A DNA stretch of 64,000 bases from Candidatus Nomurabacteria bacterium (GTDB taxonomy: Bacteria > Patescibacteriota > Minisyncoccia > Phycocordibacterales > CALRBL01). Below, piece after piece: positions 1-9,734 of the stretch; positions within the stretch are counted from its first letter, which is position 1; every line of letters begins with the position of its first letter. The DNA is taken from assembly GCA_963834935.1 (NCBI GenBank), contig CAWIDS010000003.1:37999-101998 (forward strand). Reading direction: 5' to 3'. The position numbers and the translations under genes are program-made. A model generated the notes under the pieces. It was not told where the DNA came from, ran no database searches, and worked only from the letters and a program-made list of their open reading frames with translations.

Positions 1-1959
1 AAGCGGAGATTCGCCCGTGCCTGACGGCTCATATGATTTCACTTTAGGAAGAATGACAGGCAGATCCTTTTCCTTCACCGGAATGATTGTACCATCCTCG
101 GCATGGAATACTGGAATCGGCTCGCCCCAATAACGCTGCCGAGAAAAAACCCAGTCGCGGAGCTTATAGTTGACCTTGCGGGTTCCAAATCCTCCCTCGA
201 CTATGTGATTGATGATGTCCTGCCGCACTTCTCCCCATTTTCTTCCTTTGAATTTTGAAGGTTCAAGCATTATTCCGTTCCAATCCCTCGCGTAGCAGAC
301 CTCAAGATTTTTTACTTTCTGAGCTAAGACGGGATCTGCAGGAACAGTGACCACCCTGAGAGGTATGTCATATTTCTTTGCAAAAGCAAAATCACGCTCA
401 TCATGGGCGCTGCAATTGACGATTCCTGTTCCGTAATCCGATAAGACATATGATGCGATCCAGATAGGCAGATCCCTTCCTGTATCGGCAAAACTTTCTA
501 TATATCTACCGGTAAAGATTCCTTCCATGTCTTTCTCAACATCGAATTTATTCTGGGCTTTTTTCTGCTTCAGCTTGGCCACGAATTCCATCACTTTCTT
601 TTCATGAGGAGTATCTTTGACTAATTCCTCGATGAGCGGATGATCCGGCGCAATAGCAGTGAACGTTTCGGCATGATATGACTGCGGCACTGAGTTATAC
701 ATCTCAACTCTTATATCGAGATCTTTTACCTTGCATTTGAAATTGACTCCTTCGCTTCTTCCAATCCAATTCCTTTGGCTTTCCTTTATCGATTCTGGCC
801 AGTCAAGAAGCGGTTTTGGAAATCCTTTTTTCGGATCTTTGAGGCGCTCGAGCCAGATAGGTAATTCCGAATTAACCATCTTGCCCGGAACGAAATCAGC
901 TTCGTCGATCCACAGGATTTCATTATCCTTGTCTTCATCGGCGCCGATCGAGACTTTCTTGTAGCTTTTCAATTCAAGATAGACGCCGGTGGCGATCGCT
1001 ACCCTGTTCTCGCCTTTATGCTTGGTGTAATACGAAGCCTTGGTCGGGCCACCGAGAATGCGTTTGAATTCGACATCGACATAACCTGTCTCCTCCTTCA
1101 ATTCGCGGAAAACCGTATCTTTTGCGGTTTCGTCTTCTTCAATTCCGCCGATCACTACCGTATCCCAGCCGAATTTCTTGTTGCGGATGATCAGGTATTT
1201 CTTAGTCTTTGGATCGAAGACGATCGCATGAGCGACCTTTCGGATGACAAGCGGTTTTCCCGGCTGATGCGGATTGACCTTGTCGACTAGTTCCGGCATT
1301 TCATATTCGGTCGCATCCAGATCCTTGAGCAAGCGGTCTGCATAGTCGGTGATTTTCAAGATCCACTGGCGCATCATCTTTTTCTCGACAAGCGCTCCGC
1401 ACCGCTCGCAGCGGCCGTTCTCCACGTCTTCATTGGCCAGGCCTGTCATGTCTACCGGACACCAGTTGATAGGCTCGTACGCTTCGTAGGCCAAGCCTTT
1501 CTCAAGCAATTTCAAGAATATCCATTGCGTCCATTTATAATATTTCGGATCAGTGGTATTCACCTCGCGCGACCAATCGTAATCGAAGCCAAGAATTTCC
1601 AATTGCTTCTTGTAGTGCGCGACATTTTTCGCTACACCGACAGCTGGATTGGTCTTGGTCTTGATTGCATAGTTTTCCGCAGGCAATCCGAAGGCATCGA
1701 AACCCATCGGATGCAAGACATTAAAGCCTTGCATTCGCTTCATGCGCGAGATGACATCAGTGGCAATATATCCTTTCGGATGGCCGACATGAAGGCCTTC
1801 TCCGGACGGATATGGAAACATATCGAGGATATAGCATTTCTCTTTTTTGCCCTCCTCAGCTGTCTTGTAGATTTTCTTCTTTTCCCAGTCTTTCTGCCAC
1901 TTCTTCTCTATCTTGAAAGGGTCATATGATGAGCGGGACACCGGAGTTTTTTTCTTCAT
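1..1959 (-). CDS. leuS: Leucyl-tRNA synthetase, N-terminal about 650 aa; the gene continues past the window start. An extra Nudix domain is inserted.
   Basis: Reverse-strand translation starts [21 protein letters not shown] and carries the HIGH-region motif [16 protein letters not shown], the zinc-finger motif CPVD...CERCG, [9 protein letters not shown], the CP1 editing-domain motifs ([21 protein letters not shown]) and [19 protein letters not shown]. The ORF is absent from the supplied track because it runs off the window edge. Start codon complement at 1957-1959. Confidence 0.85.
   Translation of the reverse strand, partial: [653 protein letters not shown]
802..1305 (-). other. Nudix hydrolase domain inserted into LeuRS, residues about 219-386, between the zinc-finger motif and the RNWIGRSEG motif
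   Basis: Nudix box [23 protein letters not shown] (GX5EX7REUXEEXGU) inside a domain of about 160 aa. E. coli LeuRS is contiguous at this point ([24 protein letters not shown]), so this is a true insertion and not a replacement of CP1. Confidence 0.6.
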
Positions 1960-2105
1960 AAGTGTAATTATCATACACTAGAGGGAGTAATGTAGACAAA
2001 TGTATTTTTATCAGATTGCCTGGAATTGGGCACTTTCTTTTTCAAAAGAAGAAAGACAGCAAAAATTTGAAGAACTATTGAAGGTCACTATTTAATACTT
2101 ACAAC

Positions 2106-2134
2106 TTGACTTATGTATATATTTGTGGTTTACT
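2106..2134 (+). promoter_or_regulatory. Promoter with -35 TTGACT, a 17-nt spacer and an extended -10 TGgTTTACT; leaderless, with the ATG 7 nt downstream
   Basis: TTGACT at 2106-2111 and TTTACT at 2129-2134 preceded by TG; the ATG of the 2142 ORF lies exactly at the predicted transcription start. Confidence 0.45.
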
Positions 2135-2141
2135 CACATAG

Positions 2142-2408
2142 ATGAAACCTATTGTTCTTATACAGACTGGCGACCGTAGTATGGTTGTCATTTTACCATT
2201 GACCCCCGATTCCCATTCAGATGAAAGCTGGAGTCAAATGGAAAACTTGATCAAGGATGCCTGTGTCGGAGCATTCGACACGGATATGCCCTTGGAAATC
2301 GAGATGGTTGAAGCAATCGTTGAAAAACATCCTGAATGGAAATGCTGGGCACTTGAGTGTATTTCGATTTCCATACAGAGCCTCGATGATGATGAAGATT
2401 TTGGCTAA
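2142..2408 (+). CDS. Hypothetical small acidic protein (88 aa)
   Basis: ORF bounded by a sigma70-like promoter and an intrinsic terminator; no recognisable family. Confidence 0.55.
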   Translation: MKPIVLIQTGDRSMVVILPLTPDSHSDESWSQMENLIKDACVGAFDTDMPLEIEMVEAIVEKHPEWKCWALECISISIQSLDDDEDFG

Positions 2409-2439
2409 TAAACATCTGCACAAAAAGCAACATTTTTTA

Positions 2440-2470
2440 ATATTTCCTGACCAGTCAAGTTGGTCAGGAT
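2440..2470 (+). terminator. Rho-independent terminator
   Basis: Hairpin cctgacca-gtcaag-ttggtcagg followed by attttttattt. Confidence 0.6.
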
Positions 2471-2477
2471 TTTTTAT

Positions 2478-4613
2478 TTATCCCCTGCCATACTCCTTTC
2501 TGCCTTTAATTCCCTTGTTCTCGTCCTTTTTTTCTTTCTTGTCGCGCTTCACTTTGTTGTCCATCCTTTCTACAATCGCTTTTATTTCATCGCGAAGTAT
2601 CGCAGCAGTTTCAAAATCCAGATCCTTCACCGCTTCGCTCATCTGCTTTTCTTTTTCCTTAATGAGCTTGGCTGGATTTTTCTGGTAGGCCTCTTCATCG
2701 AGCTTCAAAAGAGTTTTTATGGTCTTCTCATGCTCACTCTGAATCTCTTCGGTGATATCTTTGATTTTTTTGATGATAGTTGTCGGAGTAATCCCATGTT
2801 CCTTGTTGTAGGCAAGCTGGATAGTGCGACGACGCTCGGTTTCTTTCATGGCTTTCTCCATCGAATTGGTAATCTTGTCGGCATAGAGAATGACGCGGCC
2901 TTCCGAATTTCTGGCTGCACGACCGATGGTCTGAATGAGCGCTTGTTCCGAACGGAGGAAGCCTTCCTTGTCCGCGTCGAGGATGCCTATAAGCGCCACT
3001 TCGGGAAGATCCAATCCTTCGCGAAGAAGGTTCACTCCGACAAGCACGTCGAATGTGCCTTTACGGAGCTCGGTCAAGATGCGAATGCGATCAAGCGTCT
3101 CGATATCGCTATGCAGATACTCCGCCTTTATCTTCTTTTCCTTCAGATACTCGCTTAAATCTTCTGCCATTTTCTTAGTAAGCGTCGTTGCAATCACCCT
3201 GAAGCCTTTCTTGATCACCTCGAGCGCTTCTTCGGTGAAATCGATCACCTGGCCAAGGTATTTCTTGTCAGTAGTACTGACGATCGGCTTGACGGAAATG
3301 ATCGGATCGACAAGACCTGTCGGACGGATGATCTGCTCCGCAATGTTTTGGCTTTTTTCGAATTCGTATTTGCCTGGAGTAGCCGAAGTATAGATAGCTT
3401 GACCGATTTTTTTCTCAAATTCCTCGAACTTGAGAGGGCGGTTATCACGAGCAGATGGCAATCGAAAGCCGAATTCGATGAGGCTTTGCTTTCGCGAAGC
3501 GTCTCCGGCATACATTCCGCCTATCTGCGGAATGGTGACGTGTGACTCGTCGATGATGGTCAGGAAATCCGCACTGCCATCGGCATTATGGGGAAAATAT
3601 GAAAGCAGCGAATCGGGTGCTTCTCCGGGAGCCTTGCCCGAAAAATGCCGGGAATAGTTCTCTATGCCGTTGCAATAGCCGACTTCCTTGATCAGCGCGA
3701 GGTCGTAATTGGTTCGGCGCTTCAGGCGGTCAGCTTCGAGTATCTTGCCTTCAGCTGCCAATTCTTTCAGCCTCCTGTCGAGTTCGGCTTTGATGTCCTT
3801 GATTGCACGGATGCGCTCGTCTTCCGGCGTGACGAAATGCTTTGCAGGAAACAAGAAGAAGACGGGGACCTCCTCGACGATCCTGCGGGTTATTTCGTCT
3901 ATCTTGAAGACGCTTTGTATCACGCTTTCGCCTTTGACAGTTGCGCCGAATTCAACTTTGTAGATCACCCGTTCGGATGTCGGCATGATTTCTATTTTGT
4001 TTCCCATCGCCCGGAACGTTCCCGGACTCAAATCTGCATTGGTACGCGTAAAGTAGATGGAAATGAGCCGGCGGATGAACTCTGCGCGGTCGGTCTTTGC
4101 GCCTGCCTGTATTTTCATATTGACTTTCTGATATTCCACAGGACTTCCCAAGCCGTAGATGCAAGAAACGGACGCGACGATAATCACGTCATTGCGACTA
4201 AGAAGCGCTTGAGTAGAAGCATGGCGCAGTCGGTCAATTTCCTCATTTATCTGCGCTTCCTTCTCTATATATGTGTCAGTCGTCGGCATGTAGGCTTCCG
4301 GCTGGTAGTAGTCGTAATAGGAAACAAAGTAGTGGACGGCATTATCTGGAAAGAATTCCCGATATTCCTGAGCAAGCTGGGCCGCGAGAGTTTTGTTGTG
4401 GGCAATCACCAGCGTCGGCTTGCCGACATGAGCAATCACATTCGCCACAGTGAAAGTCTTTCCGCTGCCTGTCACTCCGAGCAATGTCTGATGCCTGTAG
4501 CTTCGCTCGATACCTTCAATGAGGCTCTCAATAGCCTTTGGCTGATCCCCTGCGGGAGCAAATCGGGTGGAAATCTTGAATAGGTTTTCTTTTTTCTGCT
4601 CTTTTTTTGCCAT
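2478..4613 (-). CDS. uvrB: Excinuclease ABC subunit B
   Basis: 711 aa with Walker A GVTGSGKT, the UvrB beta-hairpin region and helicase motifs, and a lysine-rich C-terminal tail. An upstream TGTATAGT-like -10 lies 6 nt before the ATG, which implies a leaderless transcript. Confidence 0.95.
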   Translation of the reverse strand: MAKKEQKKENLFKISTRFAPAGDQPKAIESLIEGIERSYRHQTLLGVTGSGKTFTVANVIAHVGKPTLVIAHNKTLAAQLAQEYREFFPDNAVHYFVSYYDYYQPEAYMPTTDTYIEKEAQINEEIDRLRHASTQALLSRNDVIIVASVSCIYGLGSPVEYQKVNMKIQAGAKTDRAEFIRRLISIYFTRTNADLSPGTFRAMGNKIEIMPTSERVIYKVEFGATVKGESVIQSVFKIDEITRRIVEEVPVFFLFPAKHFVTPEDERIRAIKDIKAELDRRLKELAAEGKILEADRLKRRTNYDLALIKEVGYCNGIENYSRHFSGKAPGEAPDSLLSYFPHNADGSADFLTIIDESHVTIPQIGGMYAGDASRKQSLIEFGFRLPSARDNRPLKFEEFEKKIGQAIYTSATPGKYEFEKSQNIAEQIIRPTGLVDPIISVKPIVSTTDKKYLGQVIDFTEEALEVIKKGFRVIATTLTKKMAEDLSEYLKEKKIKAEYLHSDIETLDRIRILTELRKGTFDVLVGVNLLREGLDLPEVALIGILDADKEGFLRSEQALIQTIGRAARNSEGRVILYADKITNSMEKAMKETERRRTIQLAYNKEHGITPTTIIKKIKDITEEIQSEHEKTIKTLLKLDEEAYQKNPAKLIKEKEKQMSEAVKDLDFETAAILRDEIKAIVERMDNKVKRDKKEKKDENKGIKGRKEYGRG

Positions 4614-4673
4614 TACTTAACTATACACTTTTTTGCTTTTTCGTGCTAAAAAGGGTGCTGAAAGGAACAACTT

Positions 4674-4835
4674 ATGGCAGGAACATTAAACGTAACGGAA
4701 ACAGACCAGGGAACAGGAGAAGCGCCTTTGGATCGCATTCCAGGCGAAGACCCGGACGAAACAGCAGATTGCTCTGGCGACGGAGCAGAATGTCCGCTTG
4801 GCACGGTAGTAGTCCGGACGGATCAAAAGGAATGA
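4674..4835 (+). CDS. Hypothetical small acidic protein (53 aa, MAGTLNVTETDQGTGEAPLDRIPGEDPDETADCSGDGAECPLGTVVVRTDQKE)
   Basis: ORF shorter than 60 aa and therefore not in the track. It has a weak AAAGG ribosome-binding site upstream and is followed 11 nt later by a strong intrinsic terminator. Confidence 0.35.
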   Translation: MAGTLNVTETDQGTGEAPLDRIPGEDPDETADCSGDGAECPLGTVVVRTDQKE

Positions 4836-4846
4836 TATTCCGACTT

Positions 4847-4876
4847 GCGCAACCTCACGTAGGTTGCGCTTTTTTG
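4847..4876 (+). terminator. Rho-independent terminator
   Basis: gcgcaacct-cacgt-aggttgcgc followed by tttttt. Confidence 0.6.
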
Positions 4877-4880
4877 CAAT

Positions 4881-4906
4881 AAAAAAGCCCCTTCATGCTA
4901 GGGGCG
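4881..4906 (-). terminator. Rho-independent terminator for the minus-strand gene 4925-5398
   Basis: On the minus strand: gcccct-agcatga-aggggc followed by ttttttatt. Confidence 0.55.
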
Positions 4907-4924
4907 CTGGTTCAACAGCTTTCA

Positions 4925-5398
4925 TCACTTCTTTTTTCGTGGCAGCCTTTCCTGCTTGATCTTAAGACGGAACACGATTTTCGGCCGGAGCTTGAAACCA
5001 AGAACGAGAGCGATATCCCTCAATTCATCATCATACTCGTTTACCTTCATCTCAACGTATCGATAGGCATTGCCTTGCAGGCTATCCCTGATCGATTCGA
5101 GGAGGCGTTTCCTGATGGCGAGGGTGTCAAGTCCCTTCATGACAACCAGGTTCCTTATTTCCGTGCAAGTGTGACCGAGCGGGTTAGAAGGAAGAATGAC
5201 TGCCATTCCTACAATGTTATCATCCATGCGTGCTATGAAGACGCGCAAGGATGCCATGTGCTCACGAAGCTGTTTGAGGCTCGTGATTTCGGATGCTTCA
5301 GAGTGTTGAAGGCGTAGCAGCTTGTTGATCTGCCGTACCGTGTCTTCTCTGGCATCAAGTGGGTATAGTCGTCCCACATCGACAGTTCCAGTGAACAT
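4925..5398 (-). CDS. Hypothetical protein (157 aa), possibly a GNAT-like acetyltransferase
   Basis: ORF with a downstream terminator; the family assignment is weak. Confidence 0.5.
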   Translation of the reverse strand: MFTGTVDVGRLYPLDAREDTVRQINKLLRLQHSEASEITSLKQLREHMASLRVFIARMDDNIVGMAVILPSNPLGHTCTEIRNLVVMKGLDTLAIRKRLLESIRDSLQGNAYRYVEMKVNEYDDELRDIALVLGFKLRPKIVFRLKIKQERLPRKKK

Positions 5399-5432
5399 AC
5401 TAGCTGGACTTTATAACTCAACAGAATCAAAG

Positions 5433-6641
5433 TCAATCTTTCAAATAGTTTCCCAGAAAAGCCTCCTTGTACTCCTCGAAATTGCCGTCCAGAATGCTTT
5501 GCCTCATGCCATCGACCAGATTGATTATGAAATGGAGATTATGCACCGAAGCTAGCGTGCAGCCGAGCATTTCCTTGGCGCGGAAAAGGTGAGCGATATA
5601 TGCTTTGGTGTAATGGGTGCATGTATGACAATTACAGCCTGCCTGAATCGGAGAAAAATCTTCGCGGTATGACGTATTCAAGATATGAATCTTGCCAGCC
5701 GATGTATATAAAGTGCCGGAGCGGCCTGTGCGCGTCGGGCCGACACAATCGAAAAGGTCGCAGCCATTCTCCACCGCCATAAAGAGGTCTTCCGGCTCGC
5801 CGATGCCAAGAAGGTGCCGCGGCTTGTCCTCCGGCAATACTTCATTGACCCACTTTACAGCTGTCGACATGTCTTCTTTGGCGAAGGACCCGCCGATGCC
5901 GAAGCCATCGAAATCCATCGTCCCTATTATCTCCGCGCTTTCCTTGCGCAGCTTCTCGTGTCTTCCGCCTTGGACGATTCCAAAAAGGGCCGGCCCGCTT
6001 CCGTTTTCCTTTTTCAATTCATCATGGCGCACCAAGCTCCTCCGCGCCCAGCGATGTGTCCGATCAAGCGCCTGACGCTGGTAAGCAAATGGCTCGTGGG
6101 GCGAAGTGCATTCGTCAAAAGCAAAGATAATGTCTGCTCCGAGATTATGCTGAATCTCCACCGAACGCTCGGGAGTGAAGTAGTGCGCGTCGCCGCTCAA
6201 ATGCGAGCGGAACATCACGCCATCGTGGTCAATCTTCACCAGCTTTGGCATGGTATCTTCCGGAAGCTGCGCAAGCAAAGGCTCTTCAGAGGGCTTCAGC
6301 AGCTTGCCTATTCCCTTTCCGTATGCAGCACCGAGAGAAAAAACCTGGAAGCCTCCTGAGTCGGTCATCGTCGGGCCATGCCAATTCATGAACTTGCCAA
6401 GGCCGCCTGCCTTTTTTACCTTCTCGTCGCCAGGCTCAAGAAAAAGGTGGTAAGTGTTGGCGAGCACCACCTGCGCGCCGGCGTCTGCAACTTGTTCAGG
6501 CGAAAGGCCTTTGACAGTCGCTTTGGTTCCTACTGTCACGAATGCAGGCGTCTTGATAATCCCGTTCGATGTCGAAATTTCTCCGGCACGGCCTAGTGTC
6601 CCTTCCAGTCTCTTATGTATGGAGAATTTAAAAACCGACAT
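5433..6641 (-). CDS. tgt: Queuine tRNA-ribosyltransferase (tRNA-guanine transglycosylase)
   Basis: Motifs VTVGTKATVKG, LANTYHL, DSGGFQVFSL and the zinc-site motif CNCHTC...H. Confidence 0.9.
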   Translation of the reverse strand: MSVFKFSIHKRLEGTLGRAGEISTSNGIIKTPAFVTVGTKATVKGLSPEQVADAGAQVVLANTYHLFLEPGDEKVKKAGGLGKFMNWHGPTMTDSGGFQVFSLGAAYGKGIGKLLKPSEEPLLAQLPEDTMPKLVKIDHDGVMFRSHLSGDAHYFTPERSVEIQHNLGADIIFAFDECTSPHEPFAYQRQALDRTHRWARRSLVRHDELKKENGSGPALFGIVQGGRHEKLRKESAEIIGTMDFDGFGIGGSFAKEDMSTAVKWVNEVLPEDKPRHLLGIGEPEDLFMAVENGCDLFDCVGPTRTGRSGTLYTSAGKIHILNTSYREDFSPIQAGCNCHTCTHYTKAYIAHLFRAKEMLGCTLASVHNLHFIINLVDGMRQSILDGNFEEYKEAFLGNYLKD

Positions 6642-7180
6642 TATTTGATGCTGACCAGCTCAATCTCGAAAATCAATGTCGAATTCGCAGGAATAGTTCC
6701 GGTCGACGTAGGCACTGCCTGATTGCCGTATCCGAGAGCTGGCGGAATGATCAGCTTTCGCTTTCCTCCAACTTTCATGCCAACAACTCCTTCATCCCAT
6801 CCTTTGATCACCTGACCCACTCCGAGCGTGAATGGCAGAGGCTGGTTCCTGTCATACGAGCTGTCGAATTTCGTACCATCCTCGAGCGTTCCGACATAAT
6901 TCATCTCAAGCTGATCCCCAGCTTTGGCTGCGGGACCTGTTCCTATCTGTTCGTCCTGGATAATAAGGCCATCAGGAAGCGTTGTTGGTTCGTTCATGTT
7001 TGTGGTTGTTGTTGCTTGTGCTGTTAATGCTGCCGATGTCGCCGCTTGATTCGTATCCGGCGCCGACACTACTGTTGGTCCCATCGAATTCTGGTAAAGG
7101 CTATATCCGCCTAAAGCGATGCCAACGGCGATAAGGGCGATGACGATCGCTATCCATTTATTTTTCTCTGTTGTGTTCAT
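6641..7180 (-). CDS. FKBP-type peptidyl-prolyl cis-trans isomerase, membrane-anchored
   Basis: C-terminal FKBP domain (DGTKFDSSYDRNQPLPFTLGVGQVIKGWDEGVVGMKVGGKRKLIIPPALGYG) with an N-terminal transmembrane helix. Start chosen at the ATG (MNTTEKNKW) and not at the track start. Confidence 0.8.
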   Translation of the reverse strand: MNTTEKNKWIAIVIALIAVGIALGGYSLYQNSMGPTVVSAPDTNQAATSAALTAQATTTTNMNEPTTLPDGLIIQDEQIGTGPAAKAGDQLEMNYVGTLEDGTKFDSSYDRNQPLPFTLGVGQVIKGWDEGVVGMKVGGKRKLIIPPALGYGNQAVPTSTGTIPANSTLIFEIELVSIK

Positions 7181-7222
7181 GAAAATATGATACCATATCA
7201 TTCTACTAATTAAGAAATATAA

Positions 7223-8509
<1,287 letters not shown>

Positions 8510-8518
8510 GCAAATAAA

Positions 8519-8541
8519 AAAACCGTCATAAAGACGGTCAG
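8519..8541 (-). terminator. Terminator hairpin with a T-run on the minus strand
   Basis: Hairpin accgtc-ataaag-acggt. It is flanked by an A-run on the plus strand, which reads as a T-run on the minus strand. Confidence 0.5.
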
Positions 8542-9026
8542 AGATTATCCATTAGCTCCGCAGCATCCATGCGAAGTATCTCCGCCCATTTCATTTTCCA
8601 CTCCCATACCCTTCGGAAATCCTTGAGGTAGAAGTATCCATCGGAAAGCATTATCACATCCTTGTGCTCGGTGGTTTCATTTGACACTTCGTCATCATAG
8701 TAAACCACGGCAAGCGAAAATGCAGCCGTAATCATGCGAGTAGCCTTGTTGGCAAAAATTGTCGGTAGAAGATTGAAGTATTCCGCTGTCCTCCCGGCCG
8801 AAAAATCAATCCTGAAATTGATTCTCCGGCTTTTTTCCATCTTATGACCGATAATCACGCCGTCTTGGTTTACAAGCCACAAAAAGCCGTCGAAACGCTT
8901 CTTGAAAGCTATGATTGCCTTAGGCGTGATGTCGGGATTGTATGTTGCGTCATCAGCGCTAAAACTGGCATTGAAAAGGTACGTGCACTGCTCGGTAGCA
9001 GAAGGTTCTCTTGGCTTATTTTTCAT
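8538..9026 (-). CDS. Hypothetical protein (162 aa), unknown family
   Basis: ORF co-directional with the mreB-holB operon; no recognisable motif. Confidence 0.55.
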   Translation of the reverse strand: MKNKPREPSATEQCTYLFNASFSADDATYNPDITPKAIIAFKKRFDGFLWLVNQDGVIIGHKMEKSRRINFRIDFSAGRTAEYFNLLPTIFANKATRMITAAFSLAVVYYDDEVSNETTEHKDVIMLSDGYFYLKDFRRVWEWKMKWAEILRMDAAELMDNL

Positions 9027-9048
9027 ATGAGAAGGTTTCTCCTCCTAT

Positions 9049-9720
9049 CTAAGCACATAATGCCAGATACTCCAAGATAAGCTTAACCGATGAAGACTGG
9101 TCGAGGGCATAGGAAGCAACTTTTGACGAAAAACCGAGCGATTTGAATTCCTCGATGTTCTTTATCTGGCTATGTTTAGTTTTAACGACTTCCTGAATAA
9201 AAGAAAAGACATCTGATTTTGATATTTTCTCCTTTTCAAGGTCTGAAAGAATATCCTTTACGACGGCGAGACGCTTCGGTATCGGCAACAAAATAAAATC
9301 TCCAGCACCAAAGGCAAGTGAGGCGGCTTTTTCGCCAGAAAAATAAATGACACGGCAACGCGAGAGTATAGTCGGCAGTATCCTCTTGATCGAAGGAATA
9401 AGGATAAAAAAATAAGTGCCTTCAGTAGGTTCTTCAAGCGTCTTAAGCAAGGCATTCCCTGCCTCTCGGGTCATCGAATTCAAGCTAATGATGAAAATTC
9501 TCTTGCCTGTGCCGACTGCCCGGCGCGAAGCCTGCTCCTTTATGTTTCGCGCGTCTTCTATGGCAAAGGTACCAAAAGTACTTGTCAGAAAATCAGGGTT
9601 GTTTTCTATGTTAATGCCATGTTCCTTCTTCAGGATCTTGAGCAGCTTCACATGGGATGAGCGCGCATCCCCTTCGATGAGATACGCATGGTGCAATGGG
9701 ATGAAATCTGAAAGATTCAT
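9049..9720 (-). CDS. holB: DNA polymerase III delta-prime subunit-like clamp loader
   Basis: Motifs HAYLIEG, LLKTLEEP and ILSRC typical of delta-prime and AAA+ clamp-loader subunits. Confidence 0.7.
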   Translation of the reverse strand: MNLSDFIPLHHAYLIEGDARSSHVKLLKILKKEHGINIENNPDFLTSTFGTFAIEDARNIKEQASRRAVGTGKRIFIISLNSMTREAGNALLKTLEEPTEGTYFFILIPSIKRILPTILSRCRVIYFSGEKAASLAFGAGDFILLPIPKRLAVVKDILSDLEKEKISKSDVFSFIQEVVKTKHSQIKNIEEFKSLGFSSKVASYALDQSSSVKLILEYLALCA

Positions 9721-9734
9721 TTTATCTTTTTATT

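Noticed and set aside
731-1929. Plus-strand ORFs (77-134 aa) inside the leuS region
   Set aside because: They lie antisense to a well-conserved LeuRS coding sequence and have biased, low-complexity composition.
2935-4583. Plus-strand ORFs (up to 312 aa) overlapping uvrB
   Set aside because: They lie antisense to uvrB and are R/S/C-rich translation artefacts.
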